Shown here: positions 36,787 to 48,106 of the stretch, piece by piece
How the letters are laid out: each line of letters opens with the position of its first letter
How positions within the stretch are numbered: position 1 is the first letter of the stretch
Source of the DNA: Macrostomum hystrix
Lineage: Eukaryota; Animalia; Platyhelminthes
Direction of reading: 5' to 3'
Length of the DNA stretch: 64,000 bases
Assembly: GCA_950097015.1 (NCBI GenBank)
Contig: CATNEN010000038.1
Location: 35,278,001 to 35,342,000 of the forward strand
Translations under genes and position numbers: made by a program
Notes under the pieces: model-generated
Seen by the model: only the letters and a program-made list of their open reading frames with translations
The model's database searches: none
Told to the model about the DNA's origin: nothing

Positions 36787-39700
36787 ATGTTGAAACCTCG
36801 TTCAATACTGTGGATCGGAATACTGTCTGCAAGTTAGTCAAGTCGTTATCATTATTTTTTCCTTTTTCAATTTTGAAATTAAGCTTTCATAAATTAAGCT
36901 TGCTAGCACGAAATTCAACATTTTAGTTTGCATCGCTGGAACCAACGCCATCAAGTGCTATTCCTGCCAACATTGCCTAAGAGAAGACATTGACCGTAGA
37001 ACCAACACAATGGAAGGACTTTACTGTGTTGTGAGTCTTGTATCACGAACCTAAAAACATGTGCTGCAGTGGACAAAAGCGCAATCTCAGTCCAGTAGCT
37101 TTGCAGCCCTGAAGAATCTCAGTCCATAGCTTTGCAGTCCTGAAGAATCTCATTCCGGTAGCTTTACAGCCCTGAAGAATCTCAGTCCATAGCTTTGCAG
37201 TCCTAAAGAATCTCAGTCCAGTAGCTTTGCAGTCCTTAATCATCTTATTCCAGTAGCTTTGCAGTCGTGACAACAACAACAAAATACGCTAGCCCCAAAT
37301 TTCAGGGAGGCAGCGTCAGATGGTGCGCCGCAGAGCCAGCGCGCGAACATGGTCCGCGCCGGTGGCAGTGTCGGGCGCCCCGGCGTCGCTCAGCAGGCAG
37401 TCGACGTAGCGGCGGGTCCGAGCCTGGCCGCGCCTGAACGGGCCCTGCAGGGTGAGCAGCAGGACGTCCTGGGCGGGCTGGCGGCAGTAGCTCTCGGCCC
37501 GAATAACGTGGCCCGCTAGTCGAAGTCGCCGCTGGTGCAGGATGGTGGACGGGCGTTGCAGATCGGCTCTCTCGTACAGAGACTTAGTCCCGACGCTCTC
37601 GTCAGCTTGAAAGGCCGCACGGAGCAGCCCCGAGTGCGCCGAGTCCAACTGCCGCTCCAGCGTAGCCGTCAGCGTCCACGACTCGGCGTTGTACAGCAGG
37701 ACGGTCTCGACCACCGCCTGCCACAGCCGAGCCCTCTGGCGGTCAGGCTGCGCTGTGGACTGGAGGACGGCCCGGATCGAACGTTAGGCCGCCCATGCGA
37801 GTCCTCTGCGCCGCCGGATGTCGTCTTCCACGTTGGGCACCAGACCGCCGACGTAAGTGAACCGCTGGCAGCGTGCGAGCGAGATAATCTGCCTGTCTGC
37901 GCCGCGGCACGTCATGTCCTCTGGGATGTCAGCCGGCACGGTCAGCACCTCGGTCTTAAGCGTGTTGATCACTAGGCTGACGCTTGATGCCTCCTCAGCC
38001 AACCTGTCAATATGGCGCTGGGCACCTTCGACAGTTGAGGACAGGAGGGCGAGGTCGTCAGCTTCAGCTTGAGGCGCTTCTCATCGTGGCGGCGACCCAT
38101 GCGTCTGCGGAGCAGGAAGCCGTCTTCAGCCGAGGGGAGCGCAGTCCGAAGCACCCAGTACAGGAGAAGCACGAAGAGGAACGGCGCCAGCGTGTCGCCC
38201 CGCAGCACTCCTGACGAGGTGGCAAACAGGTCGGACAGGCCGTCCGCCGTAACACAGCAGCACGCGTGTCGCGATACAGCGACATGATAGCGGCGACTAG
38301 CTGCTCCGGGACCCGGTAGGCACGAAGGACGAGTGGGAGCGCGGCCCTCGACACTGAGTAAAACGCCTTGCGGAAGTCGACAAACACTATGATCTGCGTT
38401 GACTGGCGCATGCGCGCCTCCTCGATGACACGGCGGAGTGCGAGGATCTAGGTCACTGTACCGCGCCGCGACCGGAACCCGTTCTGCATCGACTGCAGGC
38501 GATCGAGAAGCAGTCGGTTGAAAAGCTTCGTGGTGCAGGACATAAGCGAGATCCCTCGGTGATCTTCTTTCCGCGTTGTCCCGGCCTTATTCGGGATCGG
38601 CACGATGTGTGCTACGGTCCACTCGGTGGGCGCAGGGGCGCCGACGAGCACGCGGTTCATGGCGCCTGTGACTTGGGAAGCCACACAGCGGAGCCGCAGC
38701 GCCTCGACCGGAACCTCGTCGGGGCCGAGCGCCTTGCCGCCAGATGTTCTCCGAGCGAACCGCACAACATCCTCCACGGTGACTGGGCTGGTGCGAAAAT
38801 CCTCCTCAGCTGGCAGGGCCGTGTCCGTCGGCAGTGCAAAACTGGGTGGCAGCGGGGGCGAGGGTGCGTTTTCAATGCCGGCGAAGAAGTCGCGCAATTC
38901 ATTCCTGCGCTCCTCCGGAGTGTCGCCGGTCAGATTTAGCGCCACACGCCTCTTGCGCCCCGTCAGGGTCCGAACGGTCGTCCACACTGCGCAGCTCCTC
39001 ACGTCGGGGCCAGCTGCTGCGATTGACTGGATGGCGTCGTCGACTGCGGCCTGCTGCCGCGTGTCCAAAAGACGCGCGAGCGCCTCCTCGGCGTCACCAG
39101 TGGGCCGTCGGGAACTTCGGAGTCGCTCGATCTTCAGCCGCGCCTGCCTGATCGTTGGATCGCTCTGCCAGACTGGCTGCGTTCGCTCCGCCGGTCGCAT
39201 CAGCGGGACCGTCTTCTCAGCTGCAGTTCTCACGGCAGTGCTGATGTCGGCATACTCCGCCTCGCGCTGGTTTCCAAGCGCGCCAGCGAAGGCGCCCGCG
39301 AATTGGTACTTTACGCGGGGGTCCCACAAGGCACGATAGTAGCGCCGTGGCCGCTGCTTCGGAGGTCGGTAGAGCGGGTCGTTGAGCCGCAGGTCGCAGA
39401 GCAAGTCGGTGGTCAGAACGGAGAGCCAGCGGAGCCATGGTGTCGCAGTTGATGACGCGGTGGTGCTCGCGAGCGCGAACCAGCACATGATCGAGTTGCG
39501 CCAGCCGCCTCGTGGCATTCCGCCCACGCGCGTTCCGTCGTCTCCTCTTGCAGCCCGCGAAGGTGACCAGGCGGGCCGAAGGCTTGCGGAAACGGGAATT
39601 GACATCAGGTCCAGCCTTTCTAGCAGGTTCTCCAGCGCATCCGTGTTGGCTTTCTCGCGTCCCGTGACGAAAGGCGATCGCTCGAACCTACGTGGTAGGT

Positions 39701-41599
39701 CCGTACGGCGCGTTTAGGTCTCGGAGCGCCGCAAGCTGTCTTCCAGCTGTCCGGCCAGAAACTCGAAAAAGGCGAGAGCTTCGTCCGGGTGGGCAGCCGT
39801 AGGGGCGAACGCGCAGAAAAGCCGGATGCAGCGAGCGCGCAGGCGCAGGTCAACCCACAGCAGACGCGGGGAGAGTGGGGCGCAGTGCACGCTCTGCCGA
39901 AGACGCGGTCCGATCAGCACGCCGACGCCGCCACGCCCGCGGCCGTCTACCGACGTGTACAAGAGGCTCCATCCGGCTCCAAGGTCCTCGTTTTGAAGGC
40001 CTGGCTCAGCCACGATAGAGACCTCCTGCAGCATTATGAGGTCCAGCTGTAGGTCGTGGGCCAGCTGGACGAGCAGAATGCGACGCCAGGGGGGCCTTCA
40101 GGGTCCGGCAGTTCAGCGTGCCGAGCCTCAGGCGACCACCTGGTACGGCTAGGGCCAGATGACGTTGGGACTCATGGGCCACGGCGCCACCCTGCGGATC
40201 CGATTCAGAAGCGGCAGAGACCCGGGACGACTGGCGTCTTGAAGCACCGCGAAGTCGCCCACGCCGGTTGCGCTGCGCTATTCCTCTGCTCGTCCCTGAT
40301 GTGCCGATCTTGGCTGCCGCAGCCGAGGCGCGGCCGTCCGAGCCAACCGAGGTCATCTGCAGCCTGATGGGCTGACCACGATGCCAGGAGGTGTCGACAC
40401 TTTTTGCACAGATGTGCAAATATAATGGCTCTGCAAATATAATAGCTCTGCAAATATAATGGCTCCAATTATGGCTCCAATGGACGTCTTCCTGAAAAAT
40501 CTCAATCCAGTAGCTTTGCAGTCCTGAAGAATCTCATTCCAGTAGCATTGCAGTCCTTAATCATCTTATTCCAGTAGCTTTGCAGTCCTGAAGAATCTCA
40601 GTGCCGTAGCTTTGAAGTCCTGAAGAATCTCAGTCCAGTAGATCCGCAGTCCTGAAGAATCTCAGTCCAGTAGCTTTGCAGTCCTGAAGAATCTCAGTCC
40701 AGTAGCTTTGCACTCCTGAAGAATCTCAGTCCAGTAAGTTTGCAGTCCTGAAGAATCTCAGTCCAGTAGCTTTGCAGTCCCGAAGAATCTCAGTGCCGTA
40801 GCTTTGCAGCCCTGAAGAATCTCAGTCCAGTAGATCCGCAGTCCTGAAGAATCTCAGTCCAGTAGCTTTGCAGTCCTGAAGAATCTCAGTCCAGTAGATC
40901 CGCAGTCCTGAAGAATCTCAGTCCAGTAGCTTTGCAGTCCTGAAGAATCTCATTCCAGTAGCTTTGCAGTCCTGAAGAATCTCAGTCCAGTAGCTTTGCA
41001 GTCCTGAAGAATCTCAGTCCAGTAAGTTTGCAGTCCTGAAGAATCTCAGTCCAGTAGCTTTGCAGTCCCGAAGAATCTCAGTTAAGTAGCTTTGCAGTCC
41101 TGAAGAATCTCATTCCAGTAGCTTTGCAGTCCCGAAGAATCTCAGTTAAGTAGCTTTGCAGTCCTGTCATAAGGATTCAAAAAAATACAAAAATTTATTT
41201 TGCTCGTGGTTAAAATGTCAAACTAAACTTTCCATTATCTGGGGCTGAGGGAGAGATTTGTTCGCACGTTTGCCTCCCACACCAAGATCCCTGTGCTGGA
41301 ATCTTTGGGAGGCCATGCACATAGACTTGAGTCTGCCACCAAATGAATATGATTTCTAATCCTTTAATCATCACGATGTAACCTCTGAATAGAATCAACT
41401 TTTCAACAAACAGAAAGCGATTTTTAGAGAACGCGTCAGTCGAACCGCTGCTCACGTTTGCAAGAAGGAAAAGAATTATTACTGCTGCCAAACTGACCTG
41501 TGCAACACCGGCCATCAAGTGTCTGGTGCTCTGTTCCTTCTGATAGCTTCGGTTGTCCTGAACATCCTGCAGCAGTTTGTCAGCAGCTGGAGCCTTTAA
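36787..41599 (+). CDS. Ly6/uPAR three-finger protein 'C', 3 exons (36787-36832, 36927-37030, 41414-41599), 111 aa
   Basis: MLKPRSILWIGILSA|ICIAGTNAIKCYSCQHCLREDIDRRTNTMEGLYCV|KAIFRERVSRTAAHVCKKEKNYYCCQTDLCNTGHQVSGALFLLIASVVLNILQQFVSSWSL*. Canonical splice sites. Confidence 0.87.
37084..41166. repeat. 32-bp satellite in intron 2 of gene C (37084-37268 and 40490-41166), split by an RTE-like LINE
   Basis: Satellite units are present on both sides of the insertion. Confidence 0.9.
37269..40400 (-). mobile_element. Near full-length degenerate RTE-like non-LTR retrotransposon (APE + RT)
   Basis: RLGTLNCRTL, LQE, GRGGVGVLI and CAFAPT (APE); HRGISLMSCTTKLFNR, FVDFRKAF, RGDTLAPFLF and VETVLLYNAESWTL (RT and C-terminus); short (GTT)n 3' tail at about 37270; GC-rich; stops and frameshifts. 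Confidence 0.88.
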
Positions 41600-42127
41600 T
41601 GCAATTTCCCATGGATGATTTTCTAGTTTCCGGGCTTCGATTTATTAAACAATTTATCCGCGTGTTCTGTGCAGCCTAAAAATAATGACTAAAACACCAC
41701 AGTGCTTATGGAGTATAATCGAGAATAAGATTAAACTGTTAAAGAATAAAATGTTTGTTTTTGTAAGTCTAGCAAATTTAATCCCATTTTTTCTCTACAG
41801 CCCCGCAATCGAATATTTTTTGTATGCAACTAATTTTTTCCATTGTGTAAGTGTACCGGCAAATACAATTGAAATGGACAAATTTCACGAGTAAAGGATT
41901 AAAGCGTTGCTAAAGTTAAATACTGCTCATAATTATTTTCCTGGCGAATCCGATAACTACGCTCGTAGTAGCGAACGCTATGAAGCAGGTGAGTGGTGGT
42001 AGAGCGTTTAAAGTGTTTGCCTCTCGCACGAAGGTCCCTGAGCTCCAAGGCTAAATTATTTTTAGACGCAGCCGCAGACAAATAATCTGCGGCTGTCTTT
42101 GTCGTATAAGACAAAGGGCTTGGGCCC

Positions 42128-45100
42128 ACTAGAAAAAATCCTAGGGGGCCGCTAGAGGATTCTTAGGGGATTGGGGGAATACTAGGGGAAGTAGAAAACT
42201 GCAGAATATATATTGTTTAGTATTATAATACAATAAATCAATGCTCTATGTTTGTTAGATGCGTCTTTTATAGTTAAGTCTTTGTGGGTTATTTGTCGGC
42301 GTTCAAGGGGCTGTACCCTTAGGGGTCGCCCGCTAAATACACCACAGTCGTCCGCTAAACAAGGAAAAAACGTGAATTGCATTTTAACAATACATATATA
42401 TAAAATATTGGTGGCTTAAATACTAACCTAAAAAAACAAATTATTTGACTTTTGCCTACTACTTTTTAAAATTCAAGTTACTTCTCATGATTTTTTGTTT
42501 TACTTACACTACTTTTCCAACTGAACCCTGCGATTTATCGAACGTTTCAAGGCACCCGCACATGGCAACAGGTTATTATGTAGCCCAGAAGTAGATATTC
42601 ATCAGATAAAATAGAAATATTATAGCTATTCTAGCTCTCAACCAATATTATTTGAATAACAGTTGGTCTGTTAAACAGGCTCTGTTCTCTTTATTGTCAT
42701 TATCATTCTAATATCAGGTACCTGGACACTTCGTCATCTTACAACTTCGTCATCCAGATGACGATCTGTCCAATATCTCAGAGGGTGGATGACGAAGAGA
42801 CTTAGACTTGTGGACACTTTGTCATCTATAAAACAAAAGTTTTCAAAGTTAGAACAGAACCACCCCTCCCCACCTCCTCACATAGTGTTGGCACCTTTCT
42901 TTCAACTCTTATAATGAAATCAGTTTTGACACCTCTTTTTGGCCTTTTAAGACGTGAAGTGTGTGACTCTGCCCCACCACCACCCTACCCTCACTTTATT
43001 GATGACGAGCTTAATTGCTTATTTGTTATTAGTAGATGACGAACTGACCAAACTTTAAAGCATGCCAATTGGCTGGATGACGAATTTGTAAGATGACGAA
43101 GTTGTAAGATGACGAAGTGTCTAGGATCCCTAATATCATGGCCTATGGGCCTTATAATTTTTGCTATACCTAAGGCTAAGCCTAGGGCCTACTTATACAA
43201 AATGGTTACGCTTTGCTAGGCCTACTACTAGCCTACTGCATCAAGTAGCTGAACTTATTGTTATTTAAATTATAACTTACTGAGCAGCTGAGCCTCAGAG
43301 CCTGGTTAGGTAGGCCTAGCCTAGCCTAATAAAAATAGACTAGCTAGATTGTTTGTTTGAAAAGTTTGCTAGTTAAGCTATCTATCTATGCCCTCAGTTG
43401 ATATTTTGAAGCAACCAGTTTCATTGGCTATCATTCTTGATTTATTTTTCTAGGCTTTGAAGGTCAATCTGTGTGCTATTTTGTGCTATATGTGCATTGT
43501 CTGTGTCGTATATAATACTGTTTCTCAGTGTTTCTATGTGTTGCTTCTTAGAAAGGAGCCATGCCATGGTATACCCCTTGCTTTTGCACTGCATGTGCCA
43601 AGAACCATAGTATATGCCATGGTTTTGTATCACATGCACCAGGAACATTGTTATATACAATGATTGTGCAAAGAATGTACCAGGGATCCTTCATGTGAAA
43701 TGGAATTTTCTATCCTATTGCCATTGGCCTTCCTGACTATAGTCTATGCTAAATTAGGCATACTTTTAAGAATACGCATTACATTACATGTAAACTATTT
43801 TGTACTACAAATTTAGACTTAAGTTTGCATGTTAAGCTACAAATCAAAGTAAAGGTAAATCTGAAAAGAATGATTTGTATTTGGCAAAGTCACTAAGTGC
43901 AAAATTCTTCAAAGGCAAGAGAGGCCTAAATTTGAAAAGTTTGAAAATTTGAAATTTGAAAAAATGATCAAAATTTTAGCTATCCCTAGCTTCAAAATAG
44001 ATTTTGTCAATAATCTATTGACAATAATCTAGCTATCCCTAGCTTCAAAATAGATTTTGTCAATAAATGTTGTCATATTAAAATGAGCTTGTAGTTTTGC
44101 TTAAAATATATAAGCTCCCAAATTAGTATTATTCAAGATCCCAAATGATTAAGTTCAAACTATATTTTTTAGAAATTAAATGAATCTTATTTGTATATCT
44201 TTAGATTTCAAGTAAATATTACAGAGACTTCAGAGATTATAATATACAAAATTCATGCATACCTTATATATTGTAACAATCTTAACAAAATTATGCAAAA
44301 CATGATAGTCTTCATTCTGTCAAACTGGCTTCAGTGCGATTTTAATCAAACTGATACTGAGATCAAAAATATGTTTGCTGGGCCCTTGGAAGAATTAGTT
44401 CGAGATGCAACCCACAAGGTCCATCCTAACGCAGATGACAAAGCAGTGAGGAAGGCTGTTGCTGCAGCTTTGAAAAATTCTCGCTACAGACTTGGTGGGC
44501 ACAACAAGAGACAAGTTCGCTCTTTGTCATACGGCGAATCTAATGGTTGAGAATGAGGGAGAACATTCTCGCAGGACTCAGCAACGCTGCTCTTGAAAAT
44601 TACTTCATCCAAGGATTGAAAGTGATTCTGATTGACCTGAGGACTTTATTTTTCATCATTTTTCTATAGCGTTGTATCACCCTGTTCCATTTTTGCAATT
44701 ATTTTTTGTGGTTTTGTTGTGCACCGTTTTTTGAGTCTAGTTATTTATTAACAAATGAGACTTGAGTTTGACAGAAGACCTCTAGGACTAAAGCAAAGCG
44801 AGCAAAAGAAACAAGGCTCGAAATCTGAGTTAAAAACAAAAGTAGATTCTGTTCTATATGAGTATGATTTAAACAAACTGTCAGATCTGCTTGCAGTTAT
44901 TGAATATTTCATGTTATAAGTGCGTAGAATTTTGTGTCTTGTGAACATGAAATATGTCAATTTTCAATCTATTTCTTATAATATTTTCATTTGTTACTTA
45001 TGTTAAAGTGAATGCTAATTATATTAAATTAAGCTAGCATACATAGCATACATTTTGTAAGAACAATTGGTAGCCATTTCAGCTTATTTCTTAAAGTGCA

Positions 45101-46050
45101 TGGATGGATAAAATGTACATTAGGATAAAAAAAAGCTTGATACGTCTATTGTGTTTTTCCTGTTACTTTGGAAATATTACATGCAAGCATTTAAATATTC
45201 ATTTTAAGCATACCAAATGTATTTTTCGATTTTGCTGCTGTAACATTTGACAATTTTTTCTTGTATGCTCTGTTATTGTGTGCTAATTAGTTTGCACAAA
45301 ATAATTCATGTGGGTAATTTTACTTCTCTGAAAATAAGTTTTAATCCCTAAAAGTTGCATTTCAAATGCTATATACTAAAACTGAACTCTTGTTTTCAAA
45401 ATTGCACTTTTGAAAACATCTCCCTATTTATAATAACAATGGTTAAAGGCCAAGTTTAACCTTATCGATGCTATATGGTTCAACAAAGGTTTTTCATAAC
45501 AAACTTAAATCTTAAATTCCTTTACTATACTGGACCAGTACTTAATAATTTAAATATTAATTCGTTATTTTTATCCTGTTGTTGAAAATGTGAAAATTTA
45601 GTTTAATATATAGAACATGAGACAAGGTTACATTGGAATTGAAATCTGTACTAAATTGTTTTGCACGAGCAAAACTCTATCTACTTGTGATTTGTTTTCA
45701 AGTGGTTTGTTTATAATTTCTCATTTTGTGCACTGATGACATGCTGTGTGGCGTGGTTTATAAAAATATTCTGTCAGTGAAAGTATTGCTGTTGTGTGCA
45801 TTAGGTACATGTATTCAATCAATTTTATATCCAGACACGACAAAAGGGGTGAAACTGAAACTCATGCTAACATTACTCGGCGCCAATACAGTGAAAATCT
45901 ATAGTGGTTCGCGAACGAGGGCCCCTGGGGGGGCCATCTAGGGGCTGCACCGCCGGCATGCTAGGGGCCCCATGGGGACTGTGAGGGGCAACCTTGGGTG
46001 GCACCGGGGTGGGATCTAGAAACGGCGCGAATCAAACTTGAACATTTCAG
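42128..46050. mobile_element. Possible EnSpm/CMC-type DNA transposon relic
   Basis: Begins CACTAGAAAA and has G-rich TAGGGG-type repeats near both ends. An internal fragment (44191-44550) ending AVAAALKNSRYRLGG resembles the C-termini of DUF4806/BEN-like accessory ORFs. A right TIR was not found. Confidence 0.35.
42717..43129. mobile_element. MITE with TIRs of about 38 bp and a 9-bp TSD (Mutator-like)
   Basis: GGTACCTGGACACTTCGTCATCTTACAACTTCGTCATC at the left end and its near-perfect inverse at the right; flanked by the direct repeat CTAATATCA (42708-42716 and 43130-43138). Confidence 0.88.
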
Positions 46051-47816
46051 TTTTAGTATAGCGCAGCAGATTTATGTGGTAGCTAGTCGAAAGGGCTCCT
46101 TCTAAATTCATTATTTCTGTATGCGAAATCTTATCTCTAGAGTGCAGAATTTTAATTCAGTTGACTGTCATTCAAATTTTCGAAATCGTGGCATTTTAAT
46201 TTTCAATTTAATACAGGCTTATTGTTTGAGTTTCAAAATTCTGATTTGTGACTTACTACTATGAGTAGGCTGTGTGAGTGGATTTCATGTTAGTGTCTTC
46301 GGGTTATGCGGTTACCGTAGGATGCCACGGGCTGTCTGATGGGTCTCTAGTATGAACGCTGGCTATTGGTGTCGCGGGAGGCCTGCGTACCTGGGTCCGA
46401 AAGTGCCGCATAACTTTGACCAAGTCTGACTTAGGTGAGGACCTGTTAGGAAGCTGGGATCCGGAACCCAACCGCAACCCAGTTAGGCAGCCGCGAGTCT
46501 AACGACACGCGAATACAGCTGCGCCCCGAAGCTGTGCTTAGGCTTTTTTGGACCCTAAGGACAGGCTAGAATCTAGTCGGCACGACTCTCTTAGTGTAAA
46601 GGGAGTCTTGGAGAGGCTAAACAGAGGACCGGGCATTGTCCCTACGGCCTCCTAACCGAGCGAGTTCCCAGGCTTATGGATCCTGGATTCCACGGTCTCG
46701 TAAATCGCGAGGGGAGCCCCTGGCAATGCAGCCGGGAAACGATGACTCCGCCGAGCGAGTCGGGGATTATCCCTTCCTTGTGTGCTCTATTGAGTCGTGT
46801 GCTTTCTGAGGTGGGGTGGGTAGGCCAAGGCCTAGGACAGAGCACTCCATAGTCTACAGAAGCAGGTGGCATGAGAGTGATGTGGTAAATCTGCCCTACG
46901 CAGTAAATCCGGCTAGTCCTAGATCCGCCGTTCACTCTGGGCAGGCTGTACCTATAGTGTAACAGGTCGCTATAGGGTTGCAGAACGAGTGCTAAGTTAA
47001 AACCTAGACTTCTATGTCCCAAGCTTGAGTGCGCGCGAGCAGTTGTTGATGGCCAAGACTGGAAGCAAAGCTAGCCAGGTCCCCGGGCCCTATTTCTTTT
47101 CTTATTTATTTATTCTTTGTTACCCTTATCGACCACTGCATCGCAGTGTTGTTTATTGGGGCCTAGGAATTCTCCTTATCGTTCATTAACGTAGAGGTGA
47201 CGCAAGGTCGTCAGGCTCTTTCCCTTTTCACGACCCCAAGTCGTGCTCTGAGCAGTGCTCAACCCCGCCTCCTTCTTTTCCCCATTGTCGCTGTTTAGCG
47301 TCACCCCCCTCTCTGACAAGCAAAATCCTCGTCCCTCTTTTGGTCGAAATGTCCGACCAGGAAAATGAGGTCTTCGAGACAATCGGCGCCCCGCGTCTAA
47401 TTGGAGGTAGGGCTGTCTCCGCGGAGAGGAAGTCTTGCGTAAGATTTTTGATAAATGCAGCACTAGGGCTTGCACCTTCCTTGTGTAGAGGATGTGTAGA
47501 AAATCTCACAGTACAGGATGTGTACTGTGAGATTTTAAACTTTTTTACTTAAAACACTCGAGTAGTCTTAAATTTGACCAAGTAGCAGTCTTGCCCATAG
47601 AAATCTCTCAGTATTTCAGACGGCTCAAATGGACCGAACAAACGATTAAGAAATATGTTCTCCAGTGTTAAACTTGCTGTCGTTTCTTGCCTTGAATTTG
47701 GCATCAAGACAAAGCAATATTTCATCAGTTCATCAGTCATTCCGGTACCGCTAAGTTTTGTAACGGCAACGCATATTTCGTCAACCATTCTTCAAGCCTT
47801 ACTGGAAGCTAAAAAA

Positions 47817-48054
47817 ATGTTGAAACTTCGTTCAATACTGTGGATCGGAATACTGTCTGCAAGTTAGTCGAGTCGATATCATTATTTTTTCCATTTTCAA
47901 TTTTGAAATTAAGCTTTCATAAAAAAAGCTTGCTAGCACGAAATTCAACATTTTAGTTTGCATCGCTGAAACCAACGCCGTCAAGTGCTATTCCTGCTTT
48001 ATTTGCGATAGTGTTGACAGTAAAACCGGCATACTGGAAGGAACTTACTGCGCT
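47817..48054 (+). CDS. Ly6/uPAR three-finger protein 'D', exons 1-2 (47817-47862, 47957-48054); exon 3 expected beyond the window
   Basis: MLKLRSILWIGILSA|ICIAETNAVKCYSCFICDSVDSKTGILEGTYCA followed by a GTGAGT donor, then the same intron start as A-C and the satellite. Confidence 0.8.
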
Positions 48055-48106
48055 GTGAGTCATGTATCACAAGCCTAAAAACAAGAGCTGCAGTAGACAA
48101 AAGCGC

